A stretch of DNA of 60,955 nt, taken from a virus (lineage: Duplodnaviria > Caudoviricetes). Each line of letters opens with the position of its first letter. Within the stretch, counting starts at the first letter, position 1. Both the position numbers and the translations under genes were made by a program. The notes beneath the pieces are model-generated. The model made no database searches, was not told where the DNA came from, and was given only the letters and a program-made list of their open reading frames with translations. This document shows positions 17,950-30,800 of this stretch, one piece after another. The stretch lies in the IMG/VR virus record IMGVR_UViG_3300037634_004666, positions 1 through 60,955 of that record; one strand, 5' to 3'.

Positions 17950-18183
17950 GTGAGTAAATGGCTAGTCAGTATAGAAGTGCAAGGCTGCAGTAAAGAAGTA
18001 GAGGCTGATTCCCTGGTTGAGGCTGGGGATAAGGTCGCTAAATGGGCTGAAGATCGTTATGGTCTTTGGAATTGGTTAAGTCTAAATGGACGAGTTGAAA
18101 TAGCTAAAAATGTAAAGGAAAAGAAAAAGAATGATAAATCCAAATCAAAAGTTAGAGGTAGTGACTCTAAGATCAAAAACTGA
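17950..18183 (+). CDS. Hypothetical protein
   Basis: GAGGAGG SD before GTG. Confidence 0.65.
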   Translation: MSKWLVSIEVQGCSKEVEADSLVEAGDKVAKWAEDRYGLWNWLSLNGRVEIAKNVKEKKKNDKSKSKVRGSDSKIKN

Positions 18184-18361
18184 AATAAGACATCCTAGAT
18201 GGGAAGGAAGATCTGTAGCTTCTAAAAAAGACATGCTTAATTTATATACAACTATATTAGACAAAAAAGGTGTATATTTTCACCTAACTAAATCCTGCTT
18301 AGATGTTATATATAGACGATATAAAGAGTTAGGTGGTGCTAAAGAGTACAGTTTTGCATGA
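18131..18361 (+). CDS. Hypothetical protein
   Basis: ORF track. Confidence 0.6.
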   Translation: MINPNQKLEVVTLRSKTEIRHPRWEGRSVASKKDMLNLYTTILDKKGVYFHLTKSCLDVIYRRYKELGGAKEYSFA

Positions 18362-18365
18362 GAAG

Positions 18366-18533
18366 ATGCAACCATGTGCTAAGTGTGGAATGCTAATTAA
18401 TTTAAATAGATGCCATGAGTGTCCTAATTGCGGATATGAGGATGATTGAGGCGCCTTAGTTTATCACAGGAGTGATAATGAGATTAAAACAAGAAATATT
18501 AAAAGAGATAGAGGATACAAATATGACGATTGA
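18366..18533 (+). CDS. Small zinc-ribbon protein with an in-frame UGA at 18447 (possible selenocysteine)
   Basis: MQPCAKCG...CHECPNCGYEDD-UGA-GALVYHRS...; SECIS-like hairpin 11 nt after the UGA. Confidence 0.5.
18461..18478 (+). promoter_or_regulatory. Candidate bacterial SECIS / SD-sequestering hairpin
   Basis: TTATCAC-AGGA-GTGATAA, perfect 7-bp stem. Confidence 0.45.
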
Positions 18534-18642
18534 AAAAATGAGATTAACTGGAGTAAAAGAAGAAGAATTAGATTACTTTATAGGGTGGAATCAAGCCTTA
18601 GCTTGGATACTTACTACTGATCAAGTTGAGGCTGATGCATGA
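18478..18642 (+). CDS. Small hypothetical protein (54 aa)
   Basis: AGGAG SD; ...YFIGWNQALAWIL... Confidence 0.65.
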   Translation: MRLKQEILKEIEDTNMTIEKMRLTGVKEEELDYFIGWNQALAWILTTDQVEADA

Positions 18643-18803
18643 AAACAGAAACTAAAAACAAAGCTATATTGGGAGAGTTAATAATAACTATTATGCAAAT
18701 ATATAAATCTAATATAGATAGTCTAACGCCTTATGAAATTATATCACTTATAAACAGTAAAGTTTATTATGCTAAAATCCGTATTGAGCGACATCGGATT
18801 TAA
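18639..18803 (+). CDS. Small hypothetical protein (54 aa), last gene of the + arm
   Basis: ATGA overlap; its stop overlaps the convergent stop at 18800. Confidence 0.5.
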   Translation: MKTETKNKAILGELIITIMQIYKSNIDSLTPYEIISLINSKVYYAKIRIERHRI

Positions 18804-21800
18804 GCTCCTTTGAATAACCGCAAGTTAGTCAGTGTAGCATAAGCCTGATTCCTTATATCTCGCTGACTAACATTTTTCTTTCTCTTTTCTTTTTTTCCTA
18901 TTTGTACATCAGGTAAACCTGCCACAGAGTTATAAAAGTCAGCACCTTTAGCGATAAGAGGTCTTTCCATTCCAAACCATTTTTTTATATATTTAGGATA
19001 ATATGTTCCAGTCATTAAGCGTTGAACTTGCTCCCAATCCCCTTTAAATACTGCTGGCGCTATTTGCATACCCCATCTAGCCCCTGCAATTGAAAATGTT
19101 CTAGCTACATTATAATTCCAATCAGGATCGCCTGGATCAAAGTTTAAATTTCTTAAATCTCTATATTCATCAGGGTTTAATTTTAAAAAATCAAATAATT
19201 GCGCATATGACATTAAATCACCTACACCTGGGCCTCCAAGTAAATGTGCCAATAAGCCTTTACCATAAGTCGCATTATAATGTTTGAGCATTTCTTCTTC
19301 ACTGGCATCAGGATCATTCATAAAATAATCAGCTAAAACTTTTACATCTTGTAATACAGGATCATCTATTAAGCCACTACTTGAGTTTCCAAGTAAACCA
19401 GGGATACCCCCAAAATCAAGCCCAAACCCTACAGCTGTAATTAGTGGAATTATTGTATTAACAAAACTAGCTCTTATTATTCGATCTATTGTAGGATTTA
19501 ATATTTTATTTCCAGAGACAGGATCTATAACAATATGATCACCTATCATTATATCGGTACCACCTTCTTTTATTAAATTATACATCATATCGAAATATGC
19601 AAATTTAAAATGTTTAAATTGGCCAAAGACCTTTCCACCTCTAGACTGTAATACTTTTGCCTTTGACCATCTATTATAATCATAATGAATTGTCTTTACC
19701 ATATTAGCAGCGATATTACCAGAAGCAGCCTCTATTTTATCATAAACCTGTCTATCTGAAATTTCATAAGGTTCTACAATCTTACCTTCAGCAGATTTAG
19801 ATTTAGCTATCTGACCTCTATGCCATTCCATTTTTTCTTTAGTTGCCTCACCTAAAAAAGCATTAGCAAAGGATGTTTTAAAAGTACTTTCTCTGTTTTT
19901 ATTCTCAGCCCAAGCCATCATTTTAGCTGGTCCCCAAATTTTACCGAGAGTCTTTTTTATCATAGCAGGGGTAGCATTAGGCATAGCATCAGCTAATTTT
20001 TCAGCAGAAGCAAAAGCCCCTAAACCTGAAGCTAAAGCTTGAGTATATGTAGGGTCATTAGATCTAATTAACTCCCCTTTTGCATCTATTTCCATTCCTT
20101 TAAATGTTAATATTGTATCTAAGGATCCAGCGGTAGCTGCACTTAAAGAAGCTCCAGCTTGATTCTCCCCTATTTTTAATCCAAATCTACGCATTTGACG
20201 AGTCATCATCATTGCATTATTAATATTTTCACCTTTAGCGCTAAGTCTTGATGTTGTAGCATAAAACTCTTTAGCTCTCCTTAAACCTCTTTTTCCAAAC
20301 CACATCCAATTCTGATATTCCCATAGCCTATTCTTTATACCAGATTTTATTCCCCACCCTAATTTAGCAATATATTCCCAAGCATTGACTACTTGGATAG
20401 CTCTATCGAGCTCTGTTATCTCACCTCTATTCTGATTTAAAACAGATTCTTTTAGTTCTTGTAGTACATTTAATTTATATTGAGCATATTCATTTAAAAC
20501 TCCTCCATTTCTAATCATTTTATGCATCCCAGCTATACTGTCTAAATAAGCCTCAGACACATGAGCTCTGAAATTAGCATTAGATACATCATTTACGTAT
20601 TTAGGTAGATAAAAAGAAGGATCCATTGTAACCCAATGTTGATGGTCCCCTTTAGGAGTTAATCTATCAGTGATAGTATAAGGTTGTACTGATTTTTCCA
20701 GCTGATTTATAAATTCCGTTTTAGTTAGTGGATTTTGTTCAGCTTTTACCCAGTTAGAAGAATTGCTTAATGTAAATTCTTGAATCTTTCTTAAGGAAGA
20801 AGCTAACCCTATTACATATTCAGGAGCGAATTTTTTAACCCCTTTTGCTATTACATATTCCCCAGTTTCATAATCATAAACTTTGTATGGCATATTTTTT
20901 CTTGACTTATGATCGTAAACCATTAAAGTACCGTCTTTATCTTTAAATATAGAGTTAGAATCTATTTTAGTTTGCACTAATAAAGTATCTATAGCTCCTG
21001 TAATTTTATCTAGTATAGGTTTAAAACTAGTAACATCAGCTGTGCTGGCATATTTTAGTATAATCCTTTTAGTTGTTTGAGCTGTATTCAGCAAATCTTT
21101 AGCCGTACTAACTCTTAGTATGTTATATTCGTTAACAATACCTCTCTCTAATTCAGTTTCAGGAGTTTTGTTACCTATTAATAGATCATTAAAATCTTTT
21201 AGTACTTTACTGGACTTAGTTTCATTTCCATTTCCAGTAGATTGGCCAGTGTAATCCATAAGCTCGGCTAAAGCAATAGCTCTCTGGGTTTTATTAGTAG
21301 CCTTAGCAAGATTAGCCTCTAATTTTTTAAATTCAGAAAATTCAGCTTTACTAAAACCCCTATCTCCAAACATTTGAAACATATCATCTAATAGTTTATT
21401 TACATGTAGAGATCCTTGGCCTGTTCTTCTCTCACTAAAACTTTGAGCATTCTCAAGGTCTTTATAAAACTTAGCCCCTTCTTTCCATTTATCAAATATA
21501 CGCTTAGGAAGTTTGAAATAATTAGAAAACTTAGAGCCAGTAACTCCAAAATTACTATCGATATGATTGCTTACGTATTTTTTAAATCTTTTCATATCAT
21601 ATTTATTAACATCCCAATCTTTAGATAATTCTTTCCCTCTGTTTGCGTTTTTCCACATCCAGTTAACAAGGCCAACAAGTTCTTTTCTATTAGATGGATC
21701 CTTCATAGGACCTATAAAATCTATAACCTTTTTATTTTTTTCCAATTCAGCTGTAATTTCTACTATACCTCTTTTGAAATCATCAGATGTTGAATTTCTA

Positions 21801-21823
21801 CCTGTACATATATTTGCAAACAT
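18800..21823 (-). CDS. Large internal virion/ejected protein (1007 aa)
   Basis: Helical; last of four large genes after the nozzle gene; AAGGAG SD. Confidence 0.6.
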   Translation of the reverse strand: MFANICTGRNSTSDDFKRGIVEITAELEKNKKVIDFIGPMKDPSNRKELVGLVNWMWKNANRGKELSKDWDVNKYDMKRFKKYVSNHIDSNFGVTGSKFSNYFKLPKRIFDKWKEGAKFYKDLENAQSFSERRTGQGSLHVNKLLDDMFQMFGDRGFSKAEFSEFKKLEANLAKATNKTQRAIALAELMDYTGQSTGNGNETKSSKVLKDFNDLLIGNKTPETELERGIVNEYNILRVSTAKDLLNTAQTTKRIILKYASTADVTSFKPILDKITGAIDTLLVQTKIDSNSIFKDKDGTLMVYDHKSRKNMPYKVYDYETGEYVIAKGVKKFAPEYVIGLASSLRKIQEFTLSNSSNWVKAEQNPLTKTEFINQLEKSVQPYTITDRLTPKGDHQHWVTMDPSFYLPKYVNDVSNANFRAHVSEAYLDSIAGMHKMIRNGGVLNEYAQYKLNVLQELKESVLNQNRGEITELDRAIQVVNAWEYIAKLGWGIKSGIKNRLWEYQNWMWFGKRGLRRAKEFYATTSRLSAKGENINNAMMMTRQMRRFGLKIGENQAGASLSAATAGSLDTILTFKGMEIDAKGELIRSNDPTYTQALASGLGAFASAEKLADAMPNATPAMIKKTLGKIWGPAKMMAWAENKNRESTFKTSFANAFLGEATKEKMEWHRGQIAKSKSAEGKIVEPYEISDRQVYDKIEAASGNIAANMVKTIHYDYNRWSKAKVLQSRGGKVFGQFKHFKFAYFDMMYNLIKEGGTDIMIGDHIVIDPVSGNKILNPTIDRIIRASFVNTIIPLITAVGFGLDFGGIPGLLGNSSSGLIDDPVLQDVKVLADYFMNDPDASEEEMLKHYNATYGKGLLAHLLGGPGVGDLMSYAQLFDFLKLNPDEYRDLRNLNFDPGDPDWNYNVARTFSIAGARWGMQIAPAVFKGDWEQVQRLMTGTYYPKYIKKWFGMERPLIAKGADFYNSVAGLPDVQIGKKEKRKKNVSQRDIRNQAYATLTNLRLFKGA

Positions 21824-21831
21824 ATTTCTCC

Positions 21832-24800
21832 TTAATAATGACAGTTAAATAGCTGTTCTTTTATTGATTCTGCAGCTGTTTTATTTTTTAAGTTCTCAGA
21901 GCCAAGTCTACCAGCTTCACTAAAAGTTACTCCCGTAGATTCAAATATTCCATTAACTCCCACTGATTTCTTTTCAGAGCCTCTCCATAACCTATTATGG
22001 ATTATATGAGCCTGATTTGATTCAGATAATGGTTTATTATTCATCACAGTTGTAAGTCGGTAAACCTCAATAGGATTTAAAATATTTTCACCAGTTAAAT
22101 ATCCAGTCATAATCTCTCTAGCATGTTCATTTAACCCATCGGCTGTTAAAAATTCAGGCTTATTTCTTCCAGGAGCAATTCTATTCTTCCCTAAAATAGG
22201 ACTTCTAGCCTCTTCAAATGATTCAAAATTAACAAAATTACCAGCCTTAAATTCCTTACGAGCTCTTTCATTAAATTCTATAGCCCAGCCTTTTTTACTT
22301 TCTGTAAGAACATGTTTACTCCACTCTTCACCTAAAGCTCTGCTTATTTCTGGAAACGTACCATTCCTAGCTTTATCTAAGAATCCTATAGCTGTTATTT
22401 CATTGCCGTTCTTTTTAAAAGCTACACTTTTAATCATATCTGTATTATTAATACTCCATATACCCCATGTATTTTTTTCAACATTAGGAGCCAGCATGTA
22501 TCTTAAAAACTGCAGAGCTGAATCTGAGCCTCTATTTTTAAGTAGGCCTGTCACTTCGTTTAAAACATCATAAGTCATAGCCTCATACATTGAAGCCTTA
22601 GAGTCTTTAGATTGAAATTCACTACTTGTTGTAAACTTTTTTCGTGTGTCTTTTGAGGCTTGTATAAAATTTATATATCTTCCATAAATATATTGCGCTT
22701 CTTGAGCAGATAAGGATTTTAATCTACCAGCAAATGCACGAGATTGACCTCTAAATATTTTCTGTTCACCACTATTCATTGCTACATATTCAGTAGGGTT
22801 CTCTATAACTATATCCCCTTCCTTGACTTCATATTTTTTCCCTTCCTTATATTTAATAGTGTTAGATGGTTTCTTTGTAGTCTTGTCAAATTTAATTACA
22901 TGAACTGGGCCATTATAGGCTGTCCTTGTACCAGCAAATCTAACTATATCCTGACTAGTTGGTTTTTCTTGATCATATAACATTTTTGTATGAAAATAAT
23001 TACTAGCTTCAATATATAACTTATTTAGTCTAGCTTGTAAAGCTTCTAGTTTTTTATATTGAGAAGTCTCTTTTTTCTTAAAATTCTCAAATTCCACCAT
23101 TCTATCGCCAACCTTCTCTAGGTCATATTTAATTCTAGATACAGTCATATGTAGATTCTCACTACTTTTTATTTCATTTATTGCCTGAGTATATGCATAA
23201 CCATCTCCTGATTTTGTAGCCTTATCATAAACATAAGCTAATACACCTGAAGAAGCAGGGGTACTATTATAACCTATTAAACTTTTCTCTGCAGCCTCCA
23301 TAGATTTTAAACCCTGTATTAGAGGATGATTAGATTCTCCATACTCAGTGCCGCTATATACCTTATTACCAATCCAATTTAATATATTTTCAGATAATCC
23401 AGCATATGCATTTTCTACCCATTCCTTTTTTTCAAAATCCCAACGTCCACCACTATTCTTTATCTTGTATTTAATTTTATTATAAGCCTTAACTAAGTCA
23501 TGTCTTGTCATAGGAATAGAAGACCCATCACTTAATGTTTCTGTTCTATTAGCTAAATTAAACAGACTATTTAAAGGTTTTATTATATTATTAGTAATAT
23601 GCATTCTGGCATCTCTCGCAGCCTGATCACTACTCCATCCGACAACCTTATCTTTCCTGAGCAGCTGTAAAATAGGTAGAACATTCCCATCATTTGATCC
23701 AAACCAAACTAAACCTTCAAGATCGATACCATTTAAGTTTTGCTGCGTTTTATATATATCAATAGTAGATTTTATCATACGTTTCATATACTGAGTTGTG
23801 CTAATTAAATCAGACCCCGCAGCTAAACGTATATTATATAAGTCATTCCCGCTTTTAAATGACATTAAATTCGTTGTGTTGTAACCCACCCCTACTTCTG
23901 CTGATCTACCACCCTTTTCAGCGGACATTTCCATCTGAATATCCATATCCCTTGCTTCTCTAGGCCAATACTTACCTTTACTACTCTTTCCTGTCATTTG
24001 ATATAGCAAACTCATTGTGTTCATATTTCTAATCAGCGGGGCTCTTTTTCTCTCTATAACAGCTAAGGCAGCAGCGTAATCTTTAATCCCGTCGCTAGAA
24101 AATACAAACTCTTTCAGCATTTCTTCGGCAAAACTTTCAGAAGCTGGAGACTCAAAACCTTGAAGGTCATATATATCTTCCATAGCTCTTGAGCTTAAGT
24201 TAGTAAAATTTGCAGATTTATCTAAGTCAAAATCTGCATCTTGAGGTTCTAATACATCCATAAAATTCATTTCAGACACAGGCCCTTTCGTTTCGCCCAT
24301 AATCTTTTCAATCTTAGTAATAACTCTATCATTTACACCTGCCATAGGAGTTCTAACATTTACTTCAGAGAAATAAACACCTTGGTAATGATTCCCATTT
24401 TCACCGAGCAATGTATGGTCATATTCCCGCTCTCTAGTAAAATCTTCTCCTTTAACGCCTTTTAAAAATTCTAAACTTCCTCTTTTTGTCAGTAATACAT
24501 CATTTGATCCTTTCGGTGAAGAGGCACCTGCAAGTCTATTATTCATTATTAGACGCATTGCCCCAGGAGTGTTTAAAGCAGGAATAGATTCTCCAAATGC
24601 TAATTCTATAATAGCGTCATTAAAAGATCCAATGTTTCTTTTAGAAAGATTCTTCTGTATAGTTCTAAAATCTTCCAATATAATTTTTTTAGCCTTATCT
24701 ATATTTCCTTGCAAAGGCATTCCAGTCTCTTTATACATTCGAGGGTCGTTAATACCCTTTATTGTACCATTTGTTAAAACTAAGAGCTCTATGCCTCTTT

Positions 24801-27800
24801 TTAAATTAGTTTTATCAGACAAAGCTTTTCCTACTCGGAAGATCATATGATGGCCATTATCGCCTCCCCCTAATTGCCCGTCTATAGAAGTTGTACCAGC
24901 CTGAAAATTCATACCAGAACCTCCAAATCTAAGTTTACTTGCTCTCTCTATTTGCGGAATGGATAAATCTGACCCTGGAACCATAACTGGATACCTTCCA
25001 AAACCTGTTTGTGCTGTTGTGAAATTTCTATTTCCTAAATATTCTGATACTACTATTTTATCAAGTTGAGCTAACATATTAGAGAAAAGAGGTATGCCTC
25101 CTGATGTAACAGCCCAATCTAATCCTATTAATTCAGTCATAGAATTTCCATCTTGAGCGCCTATATTTCTTAAATGATCAGCTAATTTTATAGAGTATAA
25201 TGGATTATTTTTTAAATTATTTATATGACTATTCATAGTAGAGACGTTACCCTGAGTCCCCATTTGAGTAGAGATACTATTAACAGCTCCATCAGATAAC
25301 CAGTTATACATACCTGTAGTAACAGTAGCATTATGCTCTGAAGCTGTAGACTTTATAAATATGTTATTTCTATCAAGTTCTACAATTGGTATTGATTTAA
25401 TATCTGCATCACTTAATTTTGTTATATGTTCTATTAGACTATGATCCCAGGCCTCATTAGCATTATTTTTAGCCAAATCAACCATGTTCTCTGATACATC
25501 CCATGAAGGCCTTTTATACTCTTCTCCAAAACCTGTTTTATTTTGATTTAATTTACTAGAGCTTTCAAATGATATTGCATCTACACCTAATCTTTCCATA
25601 ACCTTATCAAACACAGGATTATAGGTATATGCAGTCTTAGCTATATATACAGATACTTCTCCAGTTTGTGAGTTTATCTTTGTCTGAAAAGCTATAGGCT
25701 TAACAGCATTATTAAATCCTATTATATTGCCCGCTTTATTAGTAATAAACATATCCTCGCTAGCACCTTGACCTACTAAAGTTGAAATCATTTCTTTTAA
25801 GCTTATAAATTTAGCTCCATTAGTAACGGAAGCCTTTACACTTTCCAGCTTTTCTGTCATCTGGTCAGCAGCTTCGTTTATTCTTGATTCATTAACACTT
25901 CCATCATTATTACGATACCCATCTCTCTCAGCTAATAACATCTCTCGATACAAAGCTTTTGCTCTTGTATGTGAGTCGAAGAATATTTCTCCATTACCAC
26001 TTTCATCGTATATATCTAGAATGCGTTGAGTTGGTCTATCTTTCCTATGCTGTAAAGCGATACCTAAAGCTTTACTACTAACCTCAGGTAAGTTATCCTT
26101 TTGAGCGTCAAAAAAGGCCTGAGTGAAGTCATATAATTTATCACTTAGTGGCATTCCTGTTCTTGGAGCATCTAGCTTTAAGTATTTTAGCAACTTTAAT
26201 GTGGCAGGGGTATCGCCAGCCCCTCGATCCATTATCAGTTCTCTAGTCTTATGAGCTCCAGATCTTAAAACTCTAGTAAGTAATACTAACTCTTGTACAT
26301 GGTTAACTTCAGAGTTTTCATGAGTAGATTTCAAACCATTTAAGTAATCATTTACCATATCAATAGCTTCAGCTTTATTGATAGTTCTTGCCCCACTTCC
26401 ATCTTTAGCAGGCATACTTGCAGATATAACAGCAGTAAGATCAGCTCTTAAAGATCCAGGCTCATTACTTGAACGTTCCCATGCGCCTATTATTTTATCA
26501 AAGGCTGAACTATGTACCATAATGCCAGTCTTCTCATCTAATTGAACATGTGAAAATACTGACCTTGTAGATTGATCACTTAGAATAAGGGCTTTATATT
26601 TGTCCATTAATGATTGTTCAGTAGGACTTAATAGCTTATGAGTAGTTAATTCAACATCAATTCCCTGACCTGACTTAGTTATTATATCATTTATCATCTC
26701 AAGAGTGAAAAAAGATCTAGCTTTTCCATCAACTACGCCTGTACCAGAAAGAAGAGAAATAGCATGAGGTTCATTTTCTAAGCCAAAATCAGTAATCATT
26801 GAATTTATACTCTTATCCCATCGAGATATTGAGCTTTCTTTTATATGGAATGTTCCATCTCTAAATTCCATAGTTGGTATTTTTTTAGAGTTTAGACCTC
26901 TAGATAATAAAGCAAATGTATCTCTTACAAATAATTTATAGTCCCCAGTTGCAGGATTACTTTCAATGAGAACCCTTTGTGATTCCATCATTGGAGAAAC
27001 AACTGAGTTCATAAAACTCTCCAATGTAAAACCTTCCACTTTTCCTGACTCTGATTGAACCAGCTGGTCTAACATATCATTGACTTTTATATTCCCTACC
27101 GCTTTTTTTAATTTACCTAAAGCTTCATTAGTCAAACCCTTAAAAGCGTCAGGCATAGAATCTTTAATAAGCTCCAAAGATTGACCTTTTAAAATACTAA
27201 CAAAAGCATCATTAAGCCCCCATCTAGATTTATATTTAGCGTCAGATATTGAAACGGTATTAGCATGAGGTCTAGCTGTTCTATCCATAGAGAAGGCAGT
27301 TTGATTTGATATATCTTCTATAAATGAGTTTAACTCATCCTCTGAGCCTAAAAAGATATGCTTAGAATAATCTTCTTTAACCTTACTCATAATATCATTA
27401 ATTTTCTCTCTTATCTTTTCAATACTTGCAGATGATTTTATAGAGAGATTTTCTCTTATTTCATTTCTTACCTCAGCTATTTTTTCATGTTGCCCAGCTA
27501 AAATTCTCAAACCAGCAGCATCATTTGTTTCTTGATAATATTTAAATCTATTTACAAAAGTAGAATAATCATCAAATAAGGAGTTAAAAGACTCTCTTAA
27601 TTTACTATCAGCTGCACTTAACTCGCCTTTTGTTATATCTTGATATATATCAAGAGAAGTTCTTGCATTATCTAACCCAAGTTTACCTTGAGATATATCT
27701 CCAACTACAGCATTAAAATTTTCAGCTATATTAGCGTCTAACATATTGGTAATTTCTATAATCTCTTGTTTGACTTCATTTAATGAAAATCTATCGCTAT

Positions 27801-30800
27801 TAATACCAATACGATCACCTGCAAATTCAATTCTCCCTCCACCACGTAAAGCTTTAATTATAGGCTTTTGAAATAAGTTCTCATATTGATCTATAACTTG
27901 ACTGATTGTTTTTACATCGGAGCCGTCAAGAGATCCATCAGATAATAGTTCTCGAAGTCTCTCAGCTTTTATTATGATTATCCTGTCTTTTAATTTAGTT
28001 CCTATTTTAGAGTTGCCATCCATTATATTTGATAATGCTCTTTTTATAGGGACACTTATATTAGTATCAGAAGTTAGCCTATCGATAAATTCAACATTCA
28101 TAGAATTTTTAAGCTCCGATACTCTAGCAGTATTTTCTAATAAATCTCCAAACTCTCTATTAAATTCCTCCCGTAAAGACTCAATCTTAGGTACTGAAAC
28201 TTTAACCTTACCTTTTGTAGCCTTAAAGGTATTAAAACCTGAAACTATATCAGAGATACTTTTAGCAAATATAGCTCCTTCAGGTGAAAGTGTGCTTTTT
28301 CCGTCAGCCTCAACCTCTATTTCTACAGCGCCTCCCATGAAGTTTCTAAGCTTCCCTTTAATCGTGTCAATATCCTGGCTCTCGCCCTCTCCAGCGAATA
28401 ATTCAAAAGCCCTACTATGTCTTTTATGATCAAAATTTGTTTGTATTCCATTCCATATAGAGGCGCTATTTAATATATTGCTATCTAGGTATTCTCCAGG
28501 TTTTACACCTGTATATGACTCTTCTCTCCATCTAGCATTACTTGCACCTTTTTCACCTAATGCATATGCATGCATGCTTTCAGTGTGAATATCATAGGCC
28601 TTTTTAAAATTACTAGCATGGTCAGCTGTAATAGTATGTCCTTCATAACCACCTTTACTTTCAGCAACCTTAATAAGGCCGGAGTTCATTCCTTTATTAA
28701 TAGCGCCTGTAAGCACTTCTCTCTCTAAATAGAAATCCCCGTCGACTCCACTAATTTCACTAATAACCTCTTCATAGTTTCTAGGTAATGCCAATTTTCC
28801 ATCAGCACCTATTTCAACATTTAGTCCTAAGGCTTTCATTGAATCTTGGATGTAGCGCATATGCTGGTCTTTTAATTGTTCCGCAACTCTTATAGATCCA
28901 TTTCTTAAGGTCTTCTTCACAATAGTAGCTACATTGTTAACTCGTAAGGTTTTACCACCAACTTCCTTAGATGTAATTGATTCTAAGAAATTCACAGCTT
29001 CAGATTCATTCATTAAGGATAATACAGTATTTCTTTTTCTTATAACAGGGTTAAGTATAGATTCTATTTCCTGAGCTATCATTAATTTACTATCTAATAC
29101 TGAAGCCTCATCATGCTTACCTTCAGCCTTTAATGCTCTAACTTTTTCAGCTATTTTGCTAGCCCACGGCATATATAAGTCTTGGATACCCCCTGAATCT
29201 ACTATTTCAATATTTCTTTCTAATCTTTTAGCATTACTTTGCAGAGTTGTTTTATTCTGGTCAAATACATCATTAATATGTACTAATCCTTCATCCATCT
29301 CTAAAGACTGTCTTATAACACTATCTTTTATAACTTCTGATAAGCTTGGATTAAGTTGAGCTAACGCTTCAAGATATTTCCCACTAGCTCCCATTTCCTT
29401 CATAGCATTTAATAGTTTGAGAGTTTCTCCTGACTCTCCAGTTTTTAAACCTTTTTCGTCAAAGAAGTTTATTTGACGTCTATAAGCAGGTTCATCTACC
29501 CCTGTTTTAAACCCAACTCGTCTTCTTTTCATATATAACATACCTACAAAATGATCAACAGATGCTTGGGACCAAGGATAATCTTCTGTGCCTATTTCTC
29601 CATCATCATATCGCTGTAAATATCCAGCCCAGTTCATCAATAAAGATCCAACTGTAGCTCTAAAGAACGAGTCTTTACCATCTTTAGCTATTTCTCCTAT
29701 CATTCTTTTTACAAAAGATCCAGAAATATCATTTTTTACAATCTTTAAGATTTCATCAACACCCTGTACTAATTGTTTTGTTTTTTTACCTTCATCTAAC
29801 ATTTCTTGTGTAATACTAGTCTTAAAAATCTTACCTGCGTCGTCACGTAAAGCGTAAAACATAGTTCTAGTTGCGGCTAATTTCTTATCCCAAGACAGTT
29901 TATTTAAGTTTCTAAATCTAACCTTTGCAGCCAACCCTATAGATTTTAAATCAGCAACCATGCCACTTTTCCCAAACGCAACATCCTTTCCACCAGGAAG
30001 ACCTCTTACAGCTGCAAATAATCCACCCATAGTCATACCATGCATAGCTCTATCACTAATACTTTTTCTTTCCCACCGCTTCTCGTCCATATTATTATAA
30101 TTAGCGAAAAGATCACCAGCTTCTCCAGTTAGTACATCAAAGGCAGCTAATGTCAATCCTTCGTGAACAGCAGCCACTAAATATTGCCCTATAGCCTCAC
30201 CTTTAAAAGCTTTACCTAACGCTGTATGAGCATATTGCAAAGCTAATTCTTTATCTATATTTTTAGGCCCATATTTAGATATAGTTGTAACAATATTTTT
30301 CACTAAATCCTTTGGTAAATCAGCCCTACCTGTAATCTTTATAAGTTTTTCAGTAATAGCTTTTGTAGTAGCTACCCCAATTGCCTCATGAGAGGCAGGG
30401 TTCATCATTATAGTATTTATTTTCCCACTTCTACCCCACCAGTGTCTGGCATTTCCCCAAACACCACCTGGCCCAGCTTCATTTTTTACAGCTTTAATCG
30501 CTGTATCTGACGCTTTTGTTATAATTTTATGTCCAAACCCGACAACATCATCTATTTCTCTTTTAGATATTTGTTTTAATGTAGATTTACCAAGTAATTC
30601 TGTAACCTCTTCAATTGCCTGTTTTTTTAATTTTGAACCTTGCCATTTTACAAGGCCTTTAGCTGCTGTTCTTAATAATGGTTTACCAACTAACCCTGCA
30701 ATTTTTCCTGCGGCTCCGAATCCAGTAAATACACCGAGTGTTGTCCCTACTAAATAACCAGCTCTTCCAGCCCAACTTTCATCTTTCCACTCTTGAGACC

